From Styela clava (lineage: Eukaryota), in the NCBI RefSeq assembly GCF_964204865.1, contig NC_135260.1, forward strand, positions 14,198,001 to 14,262,000: 64,000 nucleotides of DNA, written 5' to 3'. A program made the position numbers and the translations under genes. The notes beneath the pieces were generated by a model. It was not told where the DNA came from, did no database searches, and worked only from the letters and a program-made list of their open reading frames with translations. This document shows, in pieces, positions 51,134 through 64,000 of the stretch; the stretch's first letter is position 1; every line of letters begins with the position of its first letter.

Positions 51134-54100
51134 ATGAAAAATATCAAGACGAAACTGGTTATCATTTTTTTCAGGTGAGTATCTATGCGCCTTCAATATT
51201 TTTCTGTTCAAGTTTTCACATCATATACGAGGAAACATTAGTATTATGTGGTTATCCATGTAAGAAATAAGAGCTGTCATGATTATATTGTAGTTCAATG
51301 GATGTAAACAAATAATCCTTTTAGTATAATAAACGTATTTCGTCCACATGTATCGATTACAACAAAAAATGCACAAAGACTCTTTCTTACAGACCAAATT
51401 TAAATTTTAGACTTTTTCCGAGTGTTGTCCTCGGATATTTTATTGGAATGCATTTCCGTGCAGATTGGTGCGGAAGCCGCTTGAGACAAAGAAGTTGGAA
51501 CGAAATTGAAGAACACTTACAATCAGTCAAACTTAAACCCCAAATATATCAGAGAACCCGTCTAAGTCAAACCAAAGGATTAATATATATTGGTAAGATC
51601 AATGCAAAGGGTATAATAATTCTCATTTATTTTGACGCATTGAAAACTTAAAAATTTCCTAAGTTACATATTAAGGCATTCAGTCTAAAATATCGAAAAC
51701 TATGATTGGACGGGACTGAAAGCGCGGACTTAAAATCATAAATGTGTAATAATTCATAAAGTACTAAATTTGGAGACATTGTCAATACTGCTATCTGAAA
51801 AATAGGGGCAATTGTCCTCCTAGCGATATAGACAGTATATTACAATATATAATATTTTGAATAATGTTATTGGACACGAAGTTGTCACACCACAGAACGT
51901 TTTGTTATTATTATTATGTTGTTGTCATTGTTGAAAACAAATCGATTTTATCTTAAACTGCTAGTAACAAGAGCAATTGCTTCAAATTATTCAGTAGGTA
52001 AAGATTGTATCTTTCACTCAAAGGTTATTGCTTCATTTATTTCAAAAATTTCTGTGGACTCTGAGGGATTTAATTTTTGTGCGCGATGACGTCATCCAAA
52101 TTAAAAATTGCGCACCTTATGGCGATTCCGCGTTAGTAGACAGGCGAAGTCGTAACTCGTAAGGACACGGTACCGTTAGTCTGCTGTGGCAGATTGCATA
52201 CCCGTACTACTTCGTTTTGGCCTTTATGTCCATATATTTGAGCAATGCTCTCTTGTTTTAGTTTCTCATAATAAATTATTTTATTTAAAGATTTGAATTT
52301 TTCTAAATTGATGTAGTTAGAGAGTAATTAATACTCAATGTTTTTCAGTAGCCAACTTCAACAAAATACACGGCATTCATAACTTGCATTGCCGTCAGGA
52401 AGCATAAAAAGCTATATAGGCATAATTAGCATAATAAAATCAAATATAATAGTTATCCTTGCATACTCGTATTATCAACCAATGTTCTCTCATGTTTTCA
52501 TACTTTGTATTCGCGTTTGTTCACCAGGTATATTATCAATGGAAAAGCATAGAAATACTCGAATACCAGCTATAACAGATACTTGGGGTCGGAAACATAA
52601 AAAATATCACAAAATTGAATTTTTTACTGGGAACAATGGCACGGCCAACAATCCGCGCCTCGGTGAAGTTATCCCTTTGGATGATGACATAAAACTTATA
52701 CAGCTACCCGGTACAGCTGATATTTCATATCCACCACAAAAGAAAAGTTTCGCGATGCTGAAATTCATTTATGATAATCATTTAAACGAGTAAGTAATAG
52801 TATTCTGTTTAAAACAACGGGAATTTGCATAGACTATAGAGAAATTTGCATCTGGGAAAGGCCAACATAATGCAATCACAATTGTCACCAGCACGACATT
52901 CGTTAAATATTTGATTAATTTATTTTATTGACTTTTGTGTTTCACATTAATACGGAAATATAAGTGCGAAACTATTTATATGTACTAGGTCTAGGCTAAG
53001 TGATTTAACCGTTTGTAATCTTGAGCATGTAATATTGATACGCACTTCAATGCAAGGAGATTGAACAGACATGGTTTGTCACTGCACTACCCTGAATCAC
53101 AACTGTTAGAATTCGTAGATCGAAGCCCACTTGTTTATTTTTATATCACACTTTTTCTGTGTGGGGGTATATTTAGAATTTGGTGTTCATTTACGACTTA
53201 CGAGACATGTATGACTGAATTTATTTATACTGCAGCTGCTTTTCAAATACTAGTTAAAAACGTGATCTCTCCAGGTCGGCACACAATTTATTTCCTTATT
53301 GACTTTTATATAATTTATAGTTTTGAATGGTTTGTGCGAGCTGATGACGATAGTTACATAAAAGTTGACAAACTCGTGAAATTGTTAAGCAGGGTTAATT
53401 CTTCAAAACCATATTACATTGGACGACCAAAACAAGGAAAACCGATCGATTCTATGAACCCTTTGGATATTTACTGTGTGGTAAATATAATATTTAAATA
53501 TTAGAAAAAATCAAGAATTCACCTTCCTTTACACTTTGTTACGTCATTATTTTTTTACATGTTTATCTTTTTTCTTCCCTGTTCGTCTCTTTTTTCCATC
53601 TTTATTCCTTACCATTTTCTCCTTCATATACCTGATTTTGTCTTCTTGTTTGACATCAAGTGGACCTGTGGACCGTTTTGTTAACTTGCTGATGTTTGTA
53701 TTCTTCTTCTTATTGTTGTTGTTATGCAAAATTGTTCCTTTTCTTAACTACCGGACCAATCGCTTTAAAATTTACACTAGGTAAAGATCGTTGTTGTTGG
53801 TAGGTCACTAGAAGGTTATTTATTCCAAAAATTTTTGTGGGCTCTTGGAATTCATTTTATACTTGTTTTGTGTGATGACGTCATCAAAATTATGCACCGC
53901 GTGGAGGTTCCGCGGTCGCATTCCAGCAATCTGGTGGTCAGTGAAGTCGGGAGTTTCTGTTAAGGAAGACTACCGGTACTGTAAAAGATTTGATACTACT
54001 ACGCTTTGGCCTTCACGTCCTATTTGAGCATTGCTCTTTTGTTATGAACTGTTGTTTTACCACTGCTAAAACCACGATTTCGTTCAAACCTCCATTAGCT

Positions 54101-55064
54101 GTTGCAGTTTGCGATGACGGAATATTCCCAATGCATCTCAGCTGTTTTACACTTGGTACTGAAAACAGTTCCCATCTAAACTGCCTACCTGTCATGTCAA
54201 TTAAATTGTCGTGGTCGATTGAATTTCAGGGTGGTAGCGGAATGCTATTCTCACGGAAACTATTGAATTTAATCGGTCCACATCTAGAATCATGTCTTAG
54301 TGAAATGTACTCCGGACACGAAGACGTAGAAATTGCACGATGTATAAGAAGGCATACGGGCATAGCCTGCTCTGACAGCAATGAATCGATGGATATGTTT
54401 TATCAAAATTATGGTGGAAAAAGTCGTAAGAATATTTATGGTCGAAATATTAGAAATATTTCGAGGAAAAACAGAAGTACGAAAATAATTGCTTTGTATA
54501 GATTTTCCGAGTTGCTGTGGTCCCTTCACATGGCGTTGACCAAAATTTTTAATTCTGGCCAAATGAACTATTGAAAGTAAGCCCATAATTAGACTAGATG
54601 TTGTATCAGACTTTAAGCCAATTTAAAATCATAAAAAAGATGAAACATTTTAGATAATCAGCGAAGCAAACTCGCGACATGCATGTAATACAATTAAATA
54701 TCATATATATATCATATAATCCTATTAAAAGTATTTGCATATTCGAGATTGGATTGAAATAATTAACAAGCACTGCATCAATGACCTCATGAATTGAAAA
54801 TGAATAGCAGAGGCTATTTGCTATATTTTAAATTACTATAAAATAGTTTATTCATGTCATTAAATTTTCTACCACTGTCACAGAAAGAAAAAGTAATATA
54901 ATGTTTTTTGTTTTACAGCCAACGCAATATCATTCCATGCAAATAAAGACCCAAAATATCAATATAAACTTCATATTGGAGTATTGCAAGACCAAATCAG
55001 AACATTGTTGAAGACAATTACAAAATCTAGGGCTGCAGCATCATTCATAAATAGGCTACTTTGA
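51134..55064 (+). CDS. Chondroitin sulfate synthase 1-like glycosyltransferase, N-terminal GT31/Fringe-like domain only (6 exons, about 345 aa)
   Basis: Exons 51134-51174, 51411-51592, 52528-52789, 53321-53480, 54230-54476, 54919-55064. Type II signal anchor, SYPPQKKSF, FEWFVRADDD, HEDVEIARCIRR and FHANKDPKYQYKLH match the CHSY1/3 N-terminal domain; ends TGA TGA. Confidence 0.88.
51867..52257 (-). mobile_element. HINE-like family A copy in an intron
   Basis: Ends ttattggacacg ... gtccatatatttgagcaatgctctcttgtt shared with the other family A copies. Confidence 0.6.
53788..54043 (-). mobile_element. HINE-like family A partial copy in an intron
   Basis: Shares the gatgacgtcatcaaaa core and the tttgagcattgctct...gtt end with family A. 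Confidence 0.55.
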
Positions 55065-55458
55065 TGACGCGTTCATATCACTATCTGTCTTTCATCTGCT
55101 GTCAATTTTATTGTTAAGCACGTGTAATATACTATTTCCAGCATTTTGGATGATGGTTTCACACTGAATTGTAATTTATATATGATTCAATAATGTGGAA
55201 AATGGGTCGCAGACTTTGGCAATAACTGGCATGGATTCCACTTTGTAATTGGCTTGTATATGCAATTTCATTTCCATCGGGTTATTTCTAAAATTAACAG
55301 GTTAGAAATTCTCCCTGTTTTTTCACTGAAGCTTTAGCCAGATGACAACGTTTTTGTGGCTACGGTTTCATTCAATCATTCTAGAAAAATTTGTAATATA
55401 ATTTGCCAAACTTGAGCAAACTTTTTTTCATAACAACAATAAGAAAAAAATGAGGATA

Positions 55459-55726
55459 TCGGTCGGAGACCGAAGTCTTATCGATCGAAACTGCGGTTTC
55501 GATTCATGACTCTATAGTCACACCGCGTGTCCCATAACTAATTTTTTAATAAATCTCTAATTATACGACATAATTCATTCAAAATCAATAGGCTTCTGGT
55601 CGGAGATATGATGAATGCACATGCAAAATTCAACCACGCCTTCGTGAGATATCGCGTGCATCTAACAGACATACAAACAGACAAATACCTATCAACATAC
55701 TTACCGATCTAAAGATCGATAAGTAA
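55459..55726 (+). mobile_element. HINE/DINE-1-like element, family B
   Basis: 5' hairpin TCGGTC-GGA-GACCGA, subterminal inverted repeats CTTATCGATC / GATCGATAAG, (ACAG/ACAA)n microsatellite and 3' stem-loop. Close copy at 60355-60637. Confidence 0.7.
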
Positions 55727-58518
55727 CAAGAACAATAATAATAACAAAACGATTTATAATCCATTTCGTGACCAATAATGATTTGCCCATAGCGCCCTCC
55801 AATTTTTTTTAAAAGTTGTATTTCGCGCGATGTTTCAAAACTCATAGAAACGAGGCTAACACAAAGTAGCCTTCCAATCCACTCTTTCTAAAATCCTGTG
55901 TTTGCAACAGTAAAAGGAATGGAATAATTTAGTTTCCATGCTATATGGAATGATGCCACGTGCTAAAAGCATTCTATTCGTCAATCTAACCAGCAGGAAT
56001 CATACTTCATTTGGAACTTTCTTTCTCTCTTTTGCGTAAAACGTCTTACTTGTACCTAAAACTAAACATAATACATTTTACCGTACTGGCAAACCAAAGT
56101 CACCAGAGTTCTTCAAGTCTGTTGGTGGCGACCAATAGTGGTATGACCGCAATGTATATATATACTGTATTTAAAAACAGTAAGTAACAATTTTACAAGC
56201 CAGATGATTTGCATTTTCCCACAAAACAAGATTTCACTTTTGTAAATATCTCTCCCACTATTTGAGAGCCTCGGTGTTCAATGAAGCAGCGAATTGCAAA
56301 CGTAGCTGTCGATGAACCGTTAAAAATAAGTCGATATTTCCAAAAAAAAGCATTATGTCGACAGCAAATCAGGATTTAGTAATGTTAGTTGCGCAAAAGC
56401 CCTCACGCAGTTTTCATGGGTTTTGGTAAAAAATAGATTCAGGATAATCATCCGCGTTTTTTATTCACGCCGAGAAATGTTTTTGTGAAAAATTATTTGT
56501 CTCTACAATAAGAACCAAACGGTACGTGAGTTGGTCAGGTTGTTATCGAGTGGCTCAGGGTGCAATGTGATTAGATACGGAATAATAAACCATTTATTTC
56601 GACAGTATAGCAGTGTTTTAGAAATTAAGCTCTCGATCGGAGCGAATATGTGAAACTTGTAATAATAAGTGAGAAAATAAATTGAACACAATTGCTAACA
56701 TTGGTTTATTTAGTGGTGATTTTAAAATGTCATTCATATTTGTAATACCTAAATAATATTGTTGTATATATCACAAACTATTACAGTCTAAACAGCTATT
56801 ATAATTTTCGAATCTATTCGTAACAATTTGATAAAATTCAAACTCGTTGGAATTGAGTCTTATAAATACACTTGCACACGGACTTAACAATGATGTAGGA
56901 CAGTGGTCGGCAAACTGCGGCCCAAATACGGCCCGCGAACAGATCTTTTATAGCCCTCGAACGACAACAGGACAGACTGTTTCGTTTCGACAAATCATCT
57001 GATATATCCAAAATAGCATATTGTGTAATAGAGGAATTATAATGAATAAAGCGGATTTCCCACGAAAACGAAACTTAAAGTTGACAATACTACGCGTCAA
57101 CAACGACACAGTACATTTTCTTGGGAGCAATACAAATATTGAGCACATTCATCTCTGGTGATGAGATGAGTTTATATTAGTAGCGCTATACAGTTCAAAT
57201 TATGGCCTTTCGCGGAGTGAATGAAATTTCGGGATAGCATTTCTTAAGACTTATTCAATACATACAAGAGCACTGCTGAGCGCAAAATAACTCATCAAAT
57301 TATCTACCGCAAATTGACTACCGTACAATAATTCAAGATGATCGCGTTTTCACTGTCGTCGACACCAACAAATGCATCTTACGTGACTTTAGTAGTAAGT
57401 TTTTGTTTCAGCGGTAAACAATTAAAACTTTGTAGTGCTTCATAGTTTATATGAAGCTATTTTTTCGAAGTTGTTTCGAAATGATTTGTTCGTCTTCTCA
57501 CCACACATACTAGCTATCGAAATATTTCGTCATTGTAAGAGGTTCTTATAACGCTGATTGTGCAATAGCGTGGAATGGTTGATACAAAATACTTGTCTAT
57601 GTTGTGGGGGTAATACAGAGGGAGATTATCTTGAATAGAAGACGTCAGGTAATACGTATCATGTTCCCAATAATTAAGATTATGTTAGAATGACTAAAAA
57701 ATACTAGATTACAATATATTGGAACATACATGTAAGTTTTAATAACCAGACGAATCTATATTATCTTTTTGTTATGTCACAATGAATGAATTAGTTGCTT
57801 GAATGGTCACGAATACGACGTAGTTGCACATGACTAGGCATCGTTAGAGATGAGTGGCGCGGAAAGTCGATTTTTATTTCAAGTAGATATCACACAAAAT
57901 GCGCTTTCGTTAATATTTAGAGTGCATTTTTCGATGATACAGGTGGTAACTAACAGCGTCATTTATAATAAAAAGTATTGTTTTAGGTATGTGGGTACAT
58001 CACCCCCCAACGTCGGTTCTATAAAATATAGCAGTGTATCTGAATTTATCATTACCCTAGCAGGTTTATGTGCAAATACTATTTACCACACATTGTGTAA
58101 ATATGACTTCGTTTTGTGTAATACGACATATATTATGGCTTGCGTAATATGACATTCAATGCGTAGTTTGCGTAATATCACGCATGTTGAATGTCCGTCC
58201 TGAATGTCCATTATGTTTGTTTTCTAGGCGAAACTCGAGACCGCAATATTTTACAGCAAACATAATTTAGGTACGCCAAGTACTAACAAAAACCACGCCC
58301 AACGTATCTGATATATATATCATCAAATCATACTTGAGCAAGCAATAAAACAGATAAAAACCTCTTCACTATTGTCTTGTAAAGCGTAACTTGTTATTTC
58401 AGCAGTGAAATTTTAGGTATAGGCTCGTGTCGTTTCAGAGGGATCAGATTATTTTTGCACACCAGCTGAGCGGACACGACGAGTTGTTGAACACTGTACA
58501 GATTGTACGAATACAAGA

Positions 58519-61500
58519 ATGGGAAAGTTCAGTCGAAATGTGGAAACACTCGTTTATAGGTTAGTAAAATTAATCTATTTTTTGTACGAAATACTCATAT
58601 TGGCTTGGTTACAGGAATAACGTTTGAATTTAAAACTTGCCTATATTAGGAATAACCTTCCCAGTGAGCGCCAAGTCAAGCAAGACGATTTAGTCAGCCT
58701 GCCCTGGCCTAGTGTCTTCGTATATTTTTAGTCGCTGAAAGCGAAAGTTTCAAGCTATAGTATAGTCGTTCAACAAATTAACAACGATTCTCGTGGTCTT
58801 TATATATAGAAGTACGCAGTGGTGGAATTCAGTCGGTTCGCACCGGTTCTATAGAACCGTCTCACCGAATTTTATGAGATCAGCGAACCGGTTAGTATTA
58901 CTGGTTACTGTCAATGTTCTGTTTGTAACAATGTTCTAACTTCGAATTCTAGGAAAATTCATAAGATTTTCTGATCACAATTTTGTCCTGGAGTCTGCAG
59001 AATTTTTCTTGTTACAGTCGGAAAATTTTTCAGTCGAGCTTGCTATTGTCGAATGACGCGGATTTGAATAGACCCTTTCTCCGATTTCACACTTAGAAGT
59101 TAGTATGCGTTAATCGACCGTTCAATGTTATAATTTCGCAATATTGGTAGCGGAGGAATTACCCCAAATCATTGCAGTAAATAAAGCACGTGGTTGTTGA
59201 GTAATTTCTCGCAAAAATAAAAATAGGATTTTGTTGTTTTTGATTAGCTCGGGAAGAATGTTGCGTAGCGAAATATAATGGTAAATTTAGGCGTCTCGTG
59301 ATTTTTTGTTTTCACTGATACGTAAATTCCAAGCACACAATTTAGGCGTGTCAGTTAATGGGTGAATCGGTCTGTTAAACGTGTTTTGATTCATATTTTA
59401 TGATGATGCCAATTCCGTGAGGTTTCCCCAGTTTTTAGGAAAATAGTTGGTAATCTGCGACTGAGACTAATTAACAGATTATATATATAATTTATTTAAA
59501 TAGCGAACCAGAATAATAAATTGCTTTACAAAATGGGTTATTAGTACCAGATAAGCAAAACGTATCCATCGATAAAGGACCTAAAGACACTAAGTGTCTT
59601 TTGATAGAAAGCAACCATGGTTCACTGGTTACCGCACGTTCAGTCCGGCGATGCTTTAGTATGTTGTCTCTCAAAATGGCACCATTTAGCCCATTCATTT
59701 TATATAAATATAGCAGACAATTAAACGGGATTCAAACAAAAAATCGTCATCGAATGAAGTTTGCACAACACTTGGGAAAACTGAGGATTAACTAAATTTA
59801 TTTTAACTGGCTATTTAAGCTCTTGTTAACATTTCAGAGCTTTTGGATTGGGTATATATATTGTAACTGTTGTATCTAATGCGCTACTTCCCGTATTCTT
59901 GATTGGGTTGAAAAAATTACGAAGTTAATTGCAAAAGAGAATTTCAAACACCATATGAACATTCATATTTTGATTACTCCAACTAGAGATAATATATTGC
60001 TATCTCAAGCATAGAGAACAAGAGAGCAATGCTCAAATATATGAACACGAAAGTCACAAAAAAGTAGTTCAGGTATCAGATCTTTTACAGTAGTTTATCG
60101 GTACGAAGACTTTCCGTAGTCTTCCTTCGACTTCGCCTGACCACAATATCGCAGCGAACGCGGAACCGCCACAAGTTGCGCAATTTTCAATTTTGATGAC
60201 TTCATCACAATAATTCATATTGAAATATGAATCTCATAAAGCCCATAGATATTTATGAAATAAATAAAAGTGATAGACTTCTAGTGACAACAAAAATCTC
60301 TAACCCTTGAAAATTTCAAAGCACAATTTCACAACAACATGAAAAACGAGAAAATCGGTCGGAGACCGAAGACTTATCGATCGAAACTGCGGTTTCGATT
60401 CATGACTCTATAGTGGCACCACGTGTCCCATCACTAATTAATTAATAACTCGCTAATTATACAACATAATTCATACAAAATCAAAAGGTCGAGATATGAT
60501 GGATGCACATGCAAAATTTGGAGCAGATTCAACCTCGCCTTCTCGAGATATCGCGTTCATCTAACAGACAAACAAACAGACATACAGACAGACAAATACC
60601 TATCAACATACTTACCGATCCTAAGATCGATAAGTAATAATACCCATGACAACATAATAAGAACAAAGCGATTTCTAGGTTCATTTCGTGTCCAATAAAT
60701 AGACTATTGCGGTCCTAATTGCTCGTAATTCTTATTCACTAATAATTATCCATTATTGCTTTGATTTTGTTCAGATTCATCATCAGTTTAGTGGTGGGAT
60801 TCTTTGCTGGCTCGTATTTAATAACTCATTCGGACAGTCATGCTGCCAATCAAAAGCTCCGTCAGATATCATGCATCAGCAAATTATTCCCAGTTGCCTC
60901 GCCAAAATCACCTTATGTGGATGAAGATAAAACGAAAAAGACGGAATTAAATGTCACGCGAGGAGTGCTGTACATTGGTATGCATTGGGAATATTGATAT
61001 TATTAATTTAAATTTTTGTGGTTGTCTTGTCGGGAGTGCATCGACTTAGAAAGAATATTTGGCGCTCTCCAGAAGTTTGTTCGCCTACTTTACATCAAGT
61101 TGTGTACAGGGACTGACTACTACAGACACAGACAGTCCCTGAACTCGTATAGAACTAAAATAAGGAAAATCGAAATAAAAATATGGCCTAACCTGGTACA
61201 CACACTACGGGATACCGATTTTCTTACACAACCCAGGCTTTTCAGGTGCTAATTGTAACATGAGAGCCGCTAATGAAAATGTTAAATTTCATCATAAAAA
61301 TACTTATATAAAGTAATCTATCATTTTATCCAATTAGTTTGGTTTTGCCAGGTTGTTATCTTTCCTCGTTCAGAATAAATATGAAATATTATTCTGTTGA
61401 CGCAACCCGCCATTGAAAGCGAAATCATTCTTTATTGATGAAGCAGAAACAAGTGGTTCTCAAAAGGTCATCGAGTACATTTTCGAAAACTTCGAAAACC

Positions 61501-63955
61501 GCATCATATTTTGGGGTTTACTCAGTCAACATTTGGCTGTAGAAAATCAAAATTGTACATTGTGTTTTCCGTTTGTATAAATTATGTTGCATATAATTTT
61601 TTATCCATTCGTATAAAGACGTATAAGTTAACGGAATGTGTGGAAAGTTGGGAAGTGTTGGGATTAACTTTACCTCAATAAGTTCTAAACACCACAAAAT
61701 CATGTTCCAAAACCGAACCGTGTTTTGCATGCTTATGCCGATTTTATTATTTAATTCAGGTATAATGTCAACAGCAAGAAACCGTAATTCTAGGGTTGTT
61801 GCAATCATGAACACGTGGGCAAAAAATCAGAATATAAAATTGGAGATTTTTTCGGACAACAACGGTACAATCGGTAAAGGTTCTGGGCGAACCACGACAT
61901 TAAAGAATGGGGCTAATATTATTCAGCTTCCCGGAGTACCCGACAACTCGTATCCACCCCAGAAGAAAAGTTTTTCAATGTTGAAATTTATTCATGACAA
62001 TTATTTAGAAAAGTGAGTGAATACTGTATTGTACATTATACCTTGAAATGTTGGAGAAACTGTGTTTTGAGCTGAGGATTTGCGTGAGTGGATTCGTGTC
62101 AGTTTAAAGTTATTATTGGATAATATTGAAAGAAAGCTCATAAAATTTAACAATTTTTCTCGACGAGTTTGTTAAGGAACTTACAAAGGTTATACGTACA
62201 CTCACTCACTTAGTAGTAAATGATATTCGTCACCGAAAACGTTACAGCCGAGCACTGAAATGCTAACAGCTTAATAAGTTATTGGGATGATGCTCGATAT
62301 TGAATATACGTATATGAGTGAATATGCCATTCTGGTTTTACTATAAAATATTACAAATGCTAAGCTTATTCGATTGATTCTGAATGCATTGCCGATTACA
62401 AAACGGTTTCCAGTCGACGTTTCAGCACTAAAATAATAAACTTGAATTCTCCAGAAATATTTAAATGTATTCAAATAGTTACTTTACTTTCTATTAGAAT
62501 CAATACCTTTTGTCTTCGAATCCAGGTTTGATTGGTTTTTACGAGCTGATGATGACACGTACCTAAAAGTTGACAAACTGATAAAATTAGTTTCTCGTAT
62601 TGATCCTAATAAGCCCTTTGTTGTGGGAAGAGCAGGGTATGGAAAACATGCAGAAGACTATTTGAAGCCAGGAGAAAATTATTGCATGGTAATTATGAAG
62701 ATATTTGCCAATGTAAATTATTATAATCACCAAAAGATATTTGAGTAACCAATAATTAAATCGATTTCATGTATTTGTAAATCTCATTTTTTAATTTCTA
62801 GTTATTCAGTGATGGTTCATTTCCTTGTGCACGCCTATTTTGAATTAGTGCTGTAACGGGATTGATATATTCGAATTCGAGTCTAGTCATTTGTTTAGAA
62901 CTTTAGATAACTCGAATGAATAAAAAAAGTATCTCGATTTTCCCAGACAATATAATTACAGGGTTGAGCAAATTCTAAATATTTATTGCATGGCATGGCT
63001 TAGGGTGGTACCGGCGTATTTCTATCACGGGAAATGTTGAGAAGAATCGGTCCCAATCTATCAGCCTGTCTGAAGGAAATGTACACAAAACATGAAGATG
63101 TGGAATTAGGACGATGTATACGAAAAATCACTGGCATGAAATGCACAGAATCATGGGAGACAACTCACTTATTTTATCAAAATTATGATAGCAGTGGCAC
63201 GTACGGTTCAAATATTGACAAGATTAATCCTAGGAAAAGAGGTATTAAGTCATTTTATTGATACATCTTTTTTAAAACAAGGACGTAAAAAATTATGTAA
63301 ATGACCTATCATTCAAGCGACTCAGGAAAAGTGTTCACTGAATGCACTAATTCTTGTATAATAATAACTTTGTGCATAAATCAATTATATTATTATAAAT
63401 ATAAGAATTTGAAAGTTTAGTATCAAAATGACTCCCGTTTGGCTATATTTTAAACTACTTATTGGTCTTGTGCTATCGATTGGGTTTCTGCGGCATTAGT
63501 TCATCTTCTATGATTTTGTGCCGGAGCAAAAAAGCAAGGATGCTGTGGCAAGAGGGAAGATAACTATCCTATAAGTGATTCAAGAGTCTTGCTGCACACT
63601 AGCACATCTTTAATTTCTGTACAGAAATAAATTTATGCAGTGTGAAGTAAGACTCTTGAATCACTTAGGATACTTACTATTATGGTTACAATTTCTGCGC
63701 TTTCATGAAATTTATATATTTCCACGACAATGCACGCTTTTTATATTTACAGCTTCTGCAGCTACATTCCATTCAAACAAGGATCCCAAATATCAATACA
63801 AACTTCACATTGATGTATTAAGTGACAAATTGAACCAGTATTTGACAAAGATAAGCAATTCTGAGCAAGAAATAAATAGCATGTCATTGCTACTGATCGG
63901 CAGAAATTTTGACATTAAGGTACATACTTTCAGTCATGTACGGGACTTTGATTAA
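58519..63955 (+). CDS. Second chondroitin sulfate synthase 1-like gene (tandem paralog; may continue past the window)
   Basis: Exons 58519-58559, 60775-60977, 61760-62012, 62526-62688, 63004-63241, 63753-(donor at 63919 or stop at 63955), with the same intron positions and phases as copy 1. Motifs PDNSYPPQKKSF, FDWFLRADDD, NYCMGG, HEDVELGRCIRK. Confidence 0.88.
60017..60698 (+). mobile_element. HINE-like family A element containing a nested family B copy (60355-60637)
   Basis: Starts aacaagagagcaatgctcaaatatatgaacacg and ends tttcgtgtccaataa; the family B copy interrupts its 3' AAC-rich part. Confidence 0.7.
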
Positions 63956-64000
63956 ACACGGTTTGCGAATGTTGCAACTTATTGAAATGAAGAAATAATT

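Noticed and set aside
53536-54229. Hydrophobic ORF 53536-53784 and the N-terminal part of ORF 53990-54574
   Set aside because: Intronic T-rich low-complexity DNA and a HINE copy; only 54230-54476 matches the CHSY-like exon.
56901-58900. hAT-like left ends at 56901 and 58817
   Set aside because: No matching right TIR or TSD found, so boundaries cannot be supported.

Overview
AT-rich, intron-containing animal genomic DNA, not prokaryotic. Compact GT-AG introns, many MITEs and chordate-like gene content suggest an invertebrate chordate such as an ascidian; this is inference. Genes rebuilt by hand from splice sites and reading-frame phase: (1) last exon of a + strand gene at 53-272; (2) a - strand coiled-coil gene of at least 8 exons (632-5594) with a candidate RFX X-box upstream; (3) an intronless PHOSPHO2-like HAD phosphatase (13307-14038) followed directly by (4) a 4-exon GDPGP1/VTC2-like HIT-family GDP-hexose phosphorylase (14798-17105), an arrangement that looks like a trans-spliced operon; (5) a small orphan type I membrane protein (- strand, 20954-22137); (6) a complete 13-exon cyclooxygenase (PTGS, - strand, 32416-44585) with a GC-AG intron and unusual active-site residues; (7,8) two tandem chondroitin-synthase-like genes (51134-55064 and 58519 to about 63955) that, as far as visible, encode only the N-terminal Fringe-like GT31 domain. 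The rest is non-autonomous hAT, Tc1/mariner, foldback-like and Helentron-associated (HINE-like) elements, a tRNA-derived SINE and local duplications. Best leads: the PHOSPHO2-GDPGP1 operon, the half-length CHSY enzymes, the COX active-site variant, and a G:U-compatible 29-bp pre-mRNA stem enclosing the acceptor of a cryptic stop-containing exon.
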